Assembly (NCBI RefSeq): GCF_006345805.1
Contig: NW_021836136.1
Location: 1 to 64,000 of the forward strand
DNA length: 64,000 nucleotides
Direction: 5' to 3'
Source of the DNA: Octopus sinensis
Taxonomy: Eukaryota
The notes under the pieces: generated by a model
Told to the model about the DNA's origin: nothing
Databases searched by the model: none
What the model saw: the letters and a program-made list of their open reading frames with translations, nothing else
Shown: positions 53,146-64,000 of the stretch, piece after piece
How positions within the stretch are numbered: the first letter of the stretch is position 1
Layout: each line of letters begins with the position of its first letter
Made by a program: the position numbers and the translations under genes

Positions 53146-54257
53146 TATATTAGCGATTTTTGTTCTTTCTTTTCCACATAGTTCTAAACAGATTTTTCAC
53201 ATCACCAATTCAAAAAAATCTAGTGCATGTATATGAAATGTTGAATGTACAATAAACTACTCTTGTCTGAACCACCCTTGAGGAAAAAAAAAGCTTTGCT
53301 AAAAGTTTCATGCTGGTTGTAATATTTTAATGGTTCAAGTAATGTAAAACAATATTATAACAGCCAAAGAATGGCATCAAAAGATAAAACAGACATTTCA
53401 GTAAGATTTCAAATGAAGAATAAATATTTCTAAAGCAAAGAAATAAGTATGTACAATAAATGAATCTATGTAAAAAACAAAAACTTGTAAAGATGTTAAC
53501 AAAGATGTGTCAGATAATAACTTTTGTTTTAGAAACATAATAGAAGCAGCCAAGAAAAAAAATCAATGAATAGTTTGGAGGACAAAGTAGAAGTGCGAAA
53601 TAACTCATCATTATTATCTTTCAAATGGTTAATGTTTTTATGCACGTTTATCTATAGGTCACCCAGGTCTGATAAATGATGTCTTTCTAGTTTGTATTGA
53701 CCACAATCATTTTTAGTGTTAGTATCACCAATTTCATATTAAAGTAAATACATCTTTAAAATATAACATCTAATTTTAAACACTTTTACCATCAACATTT
53801 CTTGACATACCTTTCTTTCTTATGTTCAAAATAATCTGAATTCACTGGGTTGCTTTATTTCTATTAAAATATTGTCACTATTTCTTGAAAAAATGTTCCT
53901 TCTTATTCTTATTTCAATGCCCAAAATGTAAATGAAAACTTCTTACATGCCAATATTCATTAATGGAAGATAGGGTATGAGTCATGTAGTGTGAAGAAGA
54001 AAATAAACATTATTTTTGGCCTATAATGTGCATTTCAATATCTTGTTAAATCAGATAAGTAGCAAAAGCTCACAATAATACAAAGTTAAAAGAACAAACT
54101 AAGTTTTCACAAAGTACAATAGGGTTCCCAGATGTACTGAAAGTGAGGAAACTCAAAGTGCATCAAAGCATTGATAAAATTAGGAACATAACCCAATCAC
54201 TAAGTATCATGAACATTTGTAATAATTGATTTAAGGTAATAGATTTCTCTTATCTAG

Positions 54258-54359
54258 ATGACCTTAAAATTGCTGAAGATAGAGCTGAAGATAGCATGAT
54301 ATCTAAAAAGTATAGCAACTGGAAGAACTTCTATATGACTACTAATATTGAAATGCATG
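54258..54359 (+). CDS. Candidate 102-nt phase 1-1 exon (DLKIAEDRAEDSMISKKYSNWKNFYMTTNIEMH)
   Basis: Acceptor TTTCTCTTATCTAG, open frame, weaker donor ATG|GTACAT. No homology recognised. Confidence 0.2.
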
Positions 54360-54487
54360 GTACATATGAAAGAATATGGTATTGTTGCTGATGAAACCAG
54401 TTTGTTGACATCTGAAAACTGCATAAATGACATGAAAGACAGGCGACTGGGTCACTGTAGAAATGATGTTATAATAACTGATAGAAT

Positions 54488-54689
54488 CATCATCATCATC
54501 ATTGTTCGACTGTGGTTGAGACAATGGAATTTACTATGTTACGCCAGACTTCACAGTCCATCATAGCATTACAGAGGTCCTGTTGCTGGATGCCTGTATC
54601 CCTGGAGATTACATCAGGGTAGGAGACTGTGCGCCCTCTGGTATCGCAAGCAGATGGCTTCCAGAGGAGAAGAGTAGAAATTACCTCGT
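54488..54689 (-). mobile_element. Short 5'-truncated RTE LINE of a second family with an intact terminal frame
   Basis: 54687-54499 reads EVISTLLLWKPSACDTRGRTVSYPDVISRDTG..DLCNAMMDCEVWRNIV..*; (ATG)n tail; candidate 6-bp TSD TAGAAT at 54482-87 and 54690-95. Confidence 0.8.
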
Positions 54690-56589
54690 TAGAATAACAG
54701 GTGCAATATTTTCAGTTTGTCTTTTTACAAACATCTAAAAATGAGAGCTAATTTATTTTGAAACACTCTAATCTTATCAGGTTTACATTTTGAGGTTTAT
54801 TAGTTAAACAGACACCTAGTTGATATTTGGTGATGGAGTGCTTTGAAAGGTTTGCTATATTTGATAATATATTCTAACTTAAACAGTATGTTTACATTTG
54901 TACATGTAAAATGGAAGCCAAGACCAGTAAAATCAAATCATAGACAGCTCTTCAAACACAACAAACATATCTGCACAAGCATGCACACATACATACTATG
55001 TGTACACAAATACAATGCACAGGAAGATAACTGAAACATTTGAAACGTATCTCCATTATATAATAAAATATATTGGTTTACATGGTTCACTTAGAAATTA
55101 CACAGTTACTGGTCAAAATTACAGTAATTATGGCATATAAAATAGTTTAGTATAATGAGGTGTATAATGATTGTTGAGTTTTTATATGAAGTTATTTTTG
55201 CCGGTTAGGAACAATCAGTTCTGCTTGAACAAATCAATGAAACAATATATGTTAAATGATCTAAAGATCCATCGCTCCAGATATGCATGGTAGAGTTTGA
55301 TATTAGATCAGATTAAATGTTTCATCATATCATCTATCAGATTTAAATCACTGGTATGATAACAGAACAATATTCAAGAAATATGCTTCTATGTCAGTTA
55401 ACCACCACACATATACACAAGCAATGAAGGTATATGCATAAAAAAGTTTACTATTTTTCATTTTTCTCTACAGAGAAATTTTGAAAGTTTTTCAATTTCT
55501 AAGTTACTGCTTGATATCAATTATCACAAAAATTTTGAAACTAAAAATTAAGAAAAATTCAGATAGCAAGAGTATTTTTCAAATCATTTGGAATAAGACG
55601 TAGACACATATATAACTGATTTAAATCGTAAAACCTAGAAACAATGAATGCCAAGCAGCTTGATATTTACTAATGTTTTGTGAAGGCAAAACCAATTACA
55701 GAATGTGGAAATGTGGTAAAGAGATGATCCTTTATTTTATCTGATAACAAACATTAGAGTAATTATCTCAGGAATCAACAAAAAAAAAAAGAGAGATAAT
55801 AATACTGATATTAAACTTTTTATTTTTCTTTTGCTTTGAAAAGATTCACAGATAGTAAATGATAATGGCAGCTTCAAAATTGACACCTGCAATTGAAATC
55901 TAAAAGCAATATAACAAGGTATAACTGATGTTGATAATTTTGTAATATCCTACACTGCACACTGACGGGTCATCTCATAAAACTGCACTAGATGATATCG
56001 GGGAGATAAAAAGAAAAAAACGAATTATTTTTATGAACACCACATTGAAAAAGAATTGGATAAAACTATCCACTCTGACCCAGTAAAGATGGATTATAGA
56101 GAGAAAAATATAAAGAACAATACTTTCCTTTATATAGCCATTGGTGTAAGTATATAGAGAAGTCAATGTATTACAGAGGGTGTTACAAAAACAAGGAGAG
56201 AAGGGGTAGATAAAGGGACATTAAATAATATATATACAGGTATATTAATATTTTTTTATTACATACACACACACATGCATGCAGATTCACAGACATAACT
56301 GATATAGTACATAGTAAAATGAAATAGAATTTAAATAATAATAATTCTGTCACTCTAAGCAAAAAAAAAACCTCAAATAGATCTTAAGCCACACATAAAA
56401 CAGCTAGGATTTCTGTTATGTAACACTAATCTTACAGCTATTACTTTCCCACGTACACGCAAAGTGGAGTACAGCTTCAGGATATACATTCTTTAGAGGT
56501 CATCAGGATCTGAATATCTGGCAAGCTCCATCTGAACATATGTTATTCAGTATCACTTTTGTGTTTACTACCTGCCAGTATAGTGCAAC

Positions 56590-56830
56590 AAAGGTGATAT
56601 TTGTTAAGGGTACTGTTATAAGCAGTGAACTTGGCACAAGGACCAAACTGCTACCAAAGAAGCTGAAGGATATTGGAATTGAGATTCACATTGTCAAACT
56701 GCTGAAACGTACAATCCTGTATTCCACAAGAACCCTAACAAAAGTTCCTTTAAATTTGTGTATATTTGTTGTCGCCAAACCTTAAGACAATGTGCTTGGT
56801 AACTGATATAGCAAGTGATAATAATGATAA
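56590..56830 (+). mobile_element. R4/Dong-like LINE extreme 3' end
   Basis: VISSELGT..KLLPKKLKDIGI..IVKLLKRTILYSTRTLTKV resembles V.GALG...LQK..LLGTARILRKV. GATAATAATGATAAT tail. Confidence 0.55.
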
Positions 56831-56934
56831 TCATTTCTACTACAGGTGTAAATATTGGGGGGAGTGGATGATGGATTTTATCGAAAAACTGAGCTGGTAT
56901 AGAAATTAGCAAAATGCGGAACCTGCAGACTAAA

Positions 56935-58345
56935 ACAATACTTGTGGGTGGAATAGTTTGACAGGAGCCAGGCAGAAGCTTGCACCAGACTTCTGTGTCT
57001 ATTTTGGCAGGATTTTTACAATTGGTTACCCTTCCTAACATCAACCACCCAGCAGAGTGGACTGAATGCTTTTTATGTGGTACAAGCACAGGCGAGGTCA
57101 GTTTTGGCAAGATTTTTACAACTGGATGTCCTTTACAGTGTGAATTGGATGCTTTTTAAGTGGCACCTGCACTGACAGGGTCACCAACTAACTTTCAAGA
57201 CAAAAATCTTTTGAGCAGGGAGGGGGCATTAAAGTACATGATCTTGTGTCAGCTGATGAAAGGCTATAGTGAGAAAGAAAGAAGTATCTTGAGAGAAAGA
57301 GAGAGAGAGAGAGAGAGAGATCAGGAATGAGGACAGAAACATGTACTTCCATAAAGGAGATACATAGTTACCCAACCTCGAGGAAGTGCAGGAGAAGGAG
57401 AGAGAGAGCGGGAGACAGCAGGATAGAGATGGTAGCAAAGTGCTGGGCATACTCACAAGGGACAAGGATCGGAATATAAACAGAATGGCTGAGTACAGGA
57501 AGAGAGAGATATAGATGATTGTAAGTGCCAGGGTATACTCTTGAGGTTCGAAAGTCATAATATAAGTGGCAGGACATTGCCAAAGAAGCGTGATTTGAGA
57601 GTGGGGAGAGGAACGCAGTGAGTGGTGAAAACCGGGGTATATAAAGGCGGGGGGGGGGGGGGGCTACCAGATAGCAAAGGTACAGAGAAACAGGGTTGTG
57701 AGGACAGGATTGGGGAGTGAGAGGTAAGCATAGTGCATGAAGGAGGAAATGAGAGGAAGCGATGTAGTTCGGTTTGTTGGTGTAGGGTGTGTGAAAAGTT
57801 TTCTTTGTTATGTGTGGGTGGAACAACAAACTGGCTGGGAGCTAGGAGATAGCAATGATACAGTGAAATAGGATCAAGAGGAGAGGATTGGGGAGTTGGA
57901 GGTAAGCATAGTGCATGAAAGAGGAAATGTGAGGAAGAGAAGGGATGTAAAGATGTAGTTTGGTTTGTTGGGGTAGGGTGTGTGAAAAGTTTCCTTGTTA
58001 CATGTGGATGGAACACAGTCTTCTAGAGTTCATTTTAGCTGATGTGGGCGGGTCTTCTCAAGGACCACATATCACGAGACATCTCAGTCCATTGTCATTT
58101 CCTCCATGAAACCCAACATCCTGAGATCGGCTCTAACCACTTCATCTCATATCTTCCATGGGTATCATTCACTTTTAGTGATTGGCCCTTTTTTATGCAG
58201 CTGTCCTCATTCATACACATCATGTGTCCAAACCAAAATAATCTTCTCTCTTGCATGTTATATTTGATTCCTCAACTTTTCTCTCAATACATTTGCACTT
58301 TGTCATACATGCACATCCAACAGAGTCTATGCATATCATATGTCT
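56935..58345 (-). mobile_element. RTE LINE 3' end: ORF2 C-terminus plus ~1.1 kb 3' UTR with an internal duplication
   Basis: RRLFWFGHMMCMNEDSC on the minus strand near 58200-58250; terminal CCCTTCCTAACATCAACCAC motif near 57030; 178-bp-offset duplication at 57662-58016. Confidence 0.7.
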
Positions 58346-59771
58346 AAAATGCAAACATTGTACCTACCATGAGATAAAGGGGTAGGCTTCCCAAAATTTA
58401 AGAAGCCTCTTTGCAAATAAACCAGAAAGAAACATCTTTTTTATGAAGTAAAATTGTGACAAAATCCAAAAATACCGAGAGAGAAATATGAAACACATTT
58501 ATCAAATAGTAAAAGTAAATAACGATAACATAAAATACAAAAAATATTACCATGATGCACACATATTGCAGAGTACTGTCAATACAATAGAAAGTACGAA
58601 ACTGAAACAAATCACTTCACACACCCTAGAGGCACTGAGCTGTGCTCAGTAGTGTAGTGAAAGCACAGAAGAAAACAAACTACTGATGATGATGATGGTG
58701 ATGATGATAGTGATGGTGGCATCTGTGACAATGACGATGATGATGATACAGGCCTGAAGCAAACCATGGAGAGGCAGCAAAAAATTCCAGTTCTAATATA
58801 GCTTGATAACATCAAGAAAATGAAAAGTGAAGATAAGAAGAGCTTCTTCTCCATTCATGACACATTATAATATAGGTGAAAGATCTATTGCAAAACAAAG
58901 TAAAAAATATTCTGGTAGACAATAACTCCAAGGAACCACATGTTGATATTGAATGTAAAATGAACTTTTGACAAACTTGTCAAAAAATATGTAAGAAATA
59001 AGTCGTAATCAATTATTGCAAAGCAAAAAAATGTAAGAGTTATATAAGGATATTTGAAATACTATAGACCAGACTGACAAAAATATATAGCCAAAACTTA
59101 AAATAAAGAAATACAAATAGCTCCATTGGGATAGATTTCCAACGATACAACTTCAGTCAAAAATATTGCAGATTATTGTGCAGATGTAAGGATAATTCTA
59201 TACATGAAACGAGCAAGAAAAAACAATAAGTGACTCAAAAATACTGAAGCAGATAATTATGGAAATGATAATTGGTACTGCTGAGCTGGATTAATATTTT
59301 GTTGTAGAAGTGAGAGGTTAAGAATACTGATGTCTGCATAATTAACACTGAAGAATGTTATAGTAGGTCTGATTAAATTATCACAGTCCTTACTACAAAA
59401 TACATCCACACTTATAATACAATGGATCAAGGCACTATAATAACACCATCTAAAAATCTCATCACTCTCAATTTATAAAGGACGAAACAAAATCTATATT
59501 ACATGCACACCAAAAATGGTAGCAACGTGAATGACCTCATTCAGGCCCCAAATCAACACAAGGATGCATATAACTAAAGAGCAACTATCACGCTTTAGTC
59601 AGCCTGACCTGCTAACCAATTCCACCTCATGGGGCCACTACAAAATAACATACAAGACATACAAGAAGATGTTGGATAGTGTAATAAAAGAACCACTCAA
59701 AATATATAAAATTAATTACACTAAAATAAAGCCGCCCTACATGTTGAAAGTACATTGTTATCTTCTAAATG

Positions 59772-60110
59772 GTGGCATCTTGAAAAAGTGTCTTCTGCTA
59801 TAGCCTCGGGCTGACCAATGCCTTGTGAGTGGATTTGGTAGACAGAAACTGAAAGAAGCCTGTCATATATATGTATATAAATATATATATATATATGTAT
59901 GTGTGTATGTTTGTGTGTCTGTGTTTGTCCCCCTAGCAATGCTTGACAACCGATGCTGGTGTGTTTACGTCCCCGTCACTTAGTGGTTCAGCAAAAAGAG
60001 ACCGATAGAATAAGTACTGGGCTTACAAAGAATAAGTCCCGGGGTCGATTTGCTCGACTAAAGGCGGTGCTCCAGCATGGCCGCAGTCAAATGACTGAAA
60101 CAAGTAAAGA
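59772..60110 (+). mobile_element. 5'-truncated SINE family B
   Basis: Colinear with 43884-44270 from GTGGCATCTTG to GACTGAAACAAGTAAAG. Confidence 0.85.
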
Positions 60111-60287
60111 AAGAAATATATAGCAAACAACATATGACCCCTGCATGTTTGGTTATGTGTGGACACTTTTGCTAAACTATCAAAACTTGATCAACCTTTA
60201 ACAAAATCATATCATAAGCACCTTTCCTTCATATGCCTTGAGTATTTCAGAAGTGAATCTAAGTCACAATTACCAATGTTGACTCTC

Positions 60288-60657
60288 TCTTTTACTCTTT
60301 TACTTGTTTCAGTCATTTGACTGCGGCCATGCTGGAGCACCGCCTTTAATCGAGCAACTCGACCCCGGGACTTATTCTTTTGTAAGCCCAGTACTTATTC
60401 TATCGGTCTCTTTTGCCGAACCGCTAAGTAACGGGGACATAAACACACCAGCATCGGTTGTCATGCAATGCTAGGGGGACAAACACAGACACACAAACAC
60501 ACACACGCATATATAAACATATATACAACGGGCTTCTTTCAGTTTCTGTCTACCAAATCCACTCACAAGGCTTTGGTCGGCCCGAGACTATAGTAGAAGA
60601 CACTTGCCCAAGGTGCCACGCAGTGGGACTGAACCCGAGACCACACAGCCACTCCTG
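60288..60657 (-). mobile_element. SINE family B with a deletion inside the tRNA-like head
   Basis: Reverse complement of family B. The head reads GTGTGGT directly joined to CTCGGGTTCAG; the intervening segment present at about 43905-43930 is missing, with TGGT at both deletion ends. Confidence 0.85.
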
Positions 60658-60997
60658 ACTGAAGTAAGATTTCAACATATAGTCAGTATTCAAGTAATTG
60701 TTTCTTCAAAAGACATTTATCATTGAAAAACATGCTTTAATATACAATTGAACCTTAGTTGTGGATTTCGTTAGCAAAAACCCTTGCTGCTACTATATGG
60801 CAGGACTTGCCCTTATAACAACAAGGATAACAATGATAAAAATATCTAGAGCAGAGTTTTTTTTCATGATACATGCATTGCTCATCAGCTGATTGGACAG
60901 ACACAAAGTTTGATAGAGCTGCAAACAATAAATCTCTTTTAACAGAAAAATGAATTATGCAATGACTCTCTCCAATCTGTATTCCATATTTCACTAG

Positions 60998-61020
60998 TGT
61001 ATTAGTACAGTTTATAATTG
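60998..61020 (+). CDS. Candidate 23-nt microexon
   Basis: Acceptor CTGTATTCCATATTTCACTAG, donor TTG|GTATGT, two frames open. An alternative AG at 61009-10 would give 10 nt. Confidence 0.25.
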
Positions 61021-62389
61021 GTATGTTGCCTGATTATAATAGCAAGAGACAGGTGAATAAATTACATGCAGTGATGCAAGACTTGTGCAGTTAATTGTAC
61101 ACACTCTCTTCATAGTAAAGAAGGATTTTTACAGAAAAAATGTTTCAACTCTCAGAAAAAGGAAAGCAAAGACAAAATAAATGCATATTTGTCATAAAAA
61201 TATATCCACAATATTCATTCTCCAAACAAGTACACCTCTGAAATCAAAATTTCTTTTGTTGCGCTTTTTTTGTAAAGAACTATTAATAACACACAAAATC
61301 TCCCAATCAAATAATTTTGCTGTGAATTTCTTAGATATGATTTTTGTATTCATGCCTAAAATATAGTATTACCTGCATTAAGATATCGAATCGGATTTTC
61401 ACTTCATATATTCGAAGGTTTCAATGAGAGAGAAAACTAATTCAACAAGCAACTTTATTTCACCAAGGGAATTTTGTAAAAATATCACAATCTATAACCA
61501 TGGTAGAAAGTAACGAGGAAGATGCAAAGGGAAACACAGGCAATTTTATCTACTATTTGATGCCAACCATTTCAATATTGTCGCTATGATACATACTTTC
61601 TGTTTTAAAGTGACTGAAATTAAAACTTTCTATCAAATTTTCATGCTATGTTCCAAATGCCAAATTATAGGTATTTCAGTATATATGACAAGGCTTCTCT
61701 TTTGTGATATTAAATAGATATAATTATGAAATATTTTAAAACATCAATACTCAAATGTGTCCACTATTTTATATGTATTTCCTATGCGCTTCGTTTGAAA
61801 ATTTCTTTACACATTTTGTACTTTCCTGTAGTCATAAAAATATGTTTTGAACATTAACAGACACAGTATAAATTTCATGAGATGACTTCAAAATATATTT
61901 TTAACATCTGATTTTGATATAATTTGAAATATTTCTAGTCCACAATCAGTTGGCAAGTTGTTACTGATGGCGGTATCATATGTTGTATTGCTTCCCTCTA
62001 CACACTAGGAAGACACATGCATAAGTTGGACACTGGTGCTTCAATATTTGTTCTTATACATTTTAGTAAGCATGGTGAAGCTTCTGTTTTGTAATGCAAG
62101 ATAATATTTTTTGTCTTCTCCTTTGACACCTTTCAAAAATCCCTGTATTTTCGTGTTAGTATGAGAGATAGTTTTCAACATTAAAATATGTTGTGCACAC
62201 ACGTATATACATGCTCTCTCATTTGATAAAGTAAAAGTGAGATGATAGTTTTCCCCCAAAACAAAATTCCCATAATCTATTTTTCAAAGTTTGAAAGACT
62301 ATTTTAAGTGAAACCTTCAAGCCACTGTCACTATTCACTTTTAAAGTTAAATCTATAACCATGGTATTAATTTGCTCTTACTCAGTTGA

Positions 62390-62790
62390 TGTTTAACGCT
62401 GTCACTATGTACTCTCTGGTTCACTTCTCCTTTGCGGCATCTTGGGAAAGCCTTTACAACATTGGTCTTGGGCCATATGCGTGTGTGACTATTTATGCAC
62501 ATATATGTGCATGCATGCAAGTGCACACACATACACATATTCATATGATGTATGTGTGTGTACATATGCGCATGTGTATTTGTATTTCCCGGCTTTTATA
62601 CCCGTCATTACGTTAACAACATTTAACTGACCAATATCTGTGTTAGTCAAATAACTCAGGGTTACAACAGAAATAGAATTCTCAAGCTAGATCTCAAAAA
62701 TTAAGTATTGGAGTTTATATGTTTAACTACAACCTTTCAGGGCAGTGGCCCAGTATGGACACAGCCCAGTAAGTGAAACAAGCAAAAGAA
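62390..62790 (+). mobile_element. Old degenerate SINE family B-like copy
   Basis: GCGGCATCTTGGGAAAG and CAGTATGGACACAGCCCAGTAAGTGAAACAAGCAAAAG resemble the family B core and end. Confidence 0.5.
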
Positions 62791-62822
62791 TGCATGCACA
62801 GATAAACACATTGTGGATATTT

Positions 62823-62857
<35 letters not shown>

Positions 62858-63172
62858 GCTACATAAACATTCAGAGAGAGACAGAGAAAAAGATCAAAGA
62901 CAGAAAGAATGATTGAAAGTGAGATAAGAGGTCATATATATATACTAACATTTTTTTAATTAAATCTTTAAGTTTTCTTATTCAATTAATATTATCAGCT
63001 TGTTTCATTTAGATCTATAAATTGATAGCAATTTTTTTTGTACCATAACTTAAGTCAGCAGTTGAAATCTTTCAATCTACCTTTCTCCCTATCCCACACT
63101 TCCATTACCCTCGATGTATGGACATGTGAGAGAAAATGGGGAGGAAGAGACACAAGGATACATACAAATATA

Positions 63173-63211
<39 letters not shown>

Positions 63212-63557
63212 TCATGAAAAATAAATTCTCCTGACATATAGTAAATGACTATGAAGTATAGGAGAATTAAGAATAATCTAGTAGCTGTAAAAGTTGAAAT
63301 GTATTGAGAGAAAGCAATCAATTGACCCATCCTGTCAGCAATCAATATTTTTTATCAATTAATAGCTTGAAATATTATGCATACATAAAAAGTGTAATTC
63401 CTTGACTGCTATCAAACAATATGCTAATGAAATACGTCTTTGAAAGATTCCTTTTGAAATGTGTCTATACATTAATGTTGCTAGGTTTTAAGCAAAAGCC
63501 ATGCTATTTTATATTTCTCTACCTTTATTATTTTGCATTATTTGTAAAACTATTAAG

Positions 63558-63572
63558 GTGTCGCCAAGTGCG
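63558..63572 (+). CDS. Candidate 15-nt frame-preserving microexon (GTGTCGCCAAGTGCG)
   Basis: Donor GCG|GTAAGT; AG-free pyrimidine-rich zone 63499-63555 with TGC at 63534; GC/CpG-rich island of exactly exon size; all frames open. Confidence 0.4.
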
Positions 63573-64000
63573 GTAAGTGTTGTATGTCATATTATAAAAT
63601 TGTGCATTTAATCACTGAATTTAACACAAAAACCATTCAAAGTAAGGCTGAGTTAAGGATACAATCTTAGGTAAACATTCCTATCTCTGAAGACAAGGTT
63701 GTAATTCAGAGATAGATCTGTGTATTTCTGAAACTCTAATCTCTGATTTTACATACAAAATTTCTGTTTTGTTAGATATGACAGTTAAATATGTACAGGA
63801 AGAAAATTTAAGCAGTTTTTGAAAGAATGCTGTCTGAAATAGTTCACCTCAATCACCATGTTATGCAGTTACTATACTAATTAGTTAGATAAAGAGTTAC
63901 TGCTTTTTGTAGTTTACATCCTACTGCAGTTAACACAGCTTTTCATCTACAATTTTTTTTTTATTACTCTGATATGGGGAAGCAGACCCCACAGAACTTT

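Noticed and set aside
54389-54440. CTGATGA followed by a stem and a later GAAA
   Set aside because: There is no G10.1-C11.1 pair, stem III or stem I. Other CTGATGA words (plus strand 22506, 57253; minus strand near 26490, 44520, 56500, 60885) also failed to fold as hammerheads.
55967-55982. GGGTCATCTCATAAA resembling the mariner TIR at 51874
   Set aside because: It is too short, and I found no partner TIR or transposase.
63681-63715. 11-bp perfect inverted repeat with a 13-nt loop
   Set aside because: It is short enough to arise by chance in 64 kb of AT-rich DNA and has no supporting context.
1-64000. Antisense bias of LINEs as evidence for a plus-strand host gene
   Set aside because: RTE copies are mostly on the minus strand but Dong-like and CR1 copies are mostly on the plus strand; the numbers are too small.
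1-64000. CRISPR arrays, tRNA/rRNA genes, operons, viral insertions
   Set aside because: None seen. The tRNA-like sequences are SINE heads, and the repeats lack repeat-spacer architecture.

Overview
AT-rich, microsatellite-dense animal genomic DNA. The SINE, LINE and MITE families resemble those of octopus, so a coleoid cephalopod origin is likely (inference). There is no intact long protein-coding ORF; the ORF track is almost entirely transposon remnants and microsatellite translations. The window holds decayed mobile elements: tRNA-derived SINEs of three types, RTE, CR1-type and R4/Dong-like LINE fragments, two mariner families (one full-length, 51874-53145), a hAT fossil and TTAA-ended MITEs. 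Main finds: (1) a type I hammerhead ribozyme with a complete core at 35234-35338, inside a ~350 bp Penelope/retrozyme-like element; (2) several very short plus-strand segments with consensus splice sites, suggesting the window is the intron-rich interior of a microexon-containing gene that I cannot identify; (3) a multi-template insertion inside the hAT fossil, copied from nearby DNA; (4) several strong RNA or DNA hairpins, including an inverted SINE pair that could be an ADAR substrate. All alignments and folds were done by eye, and boundaries of decayed elements are approximate.
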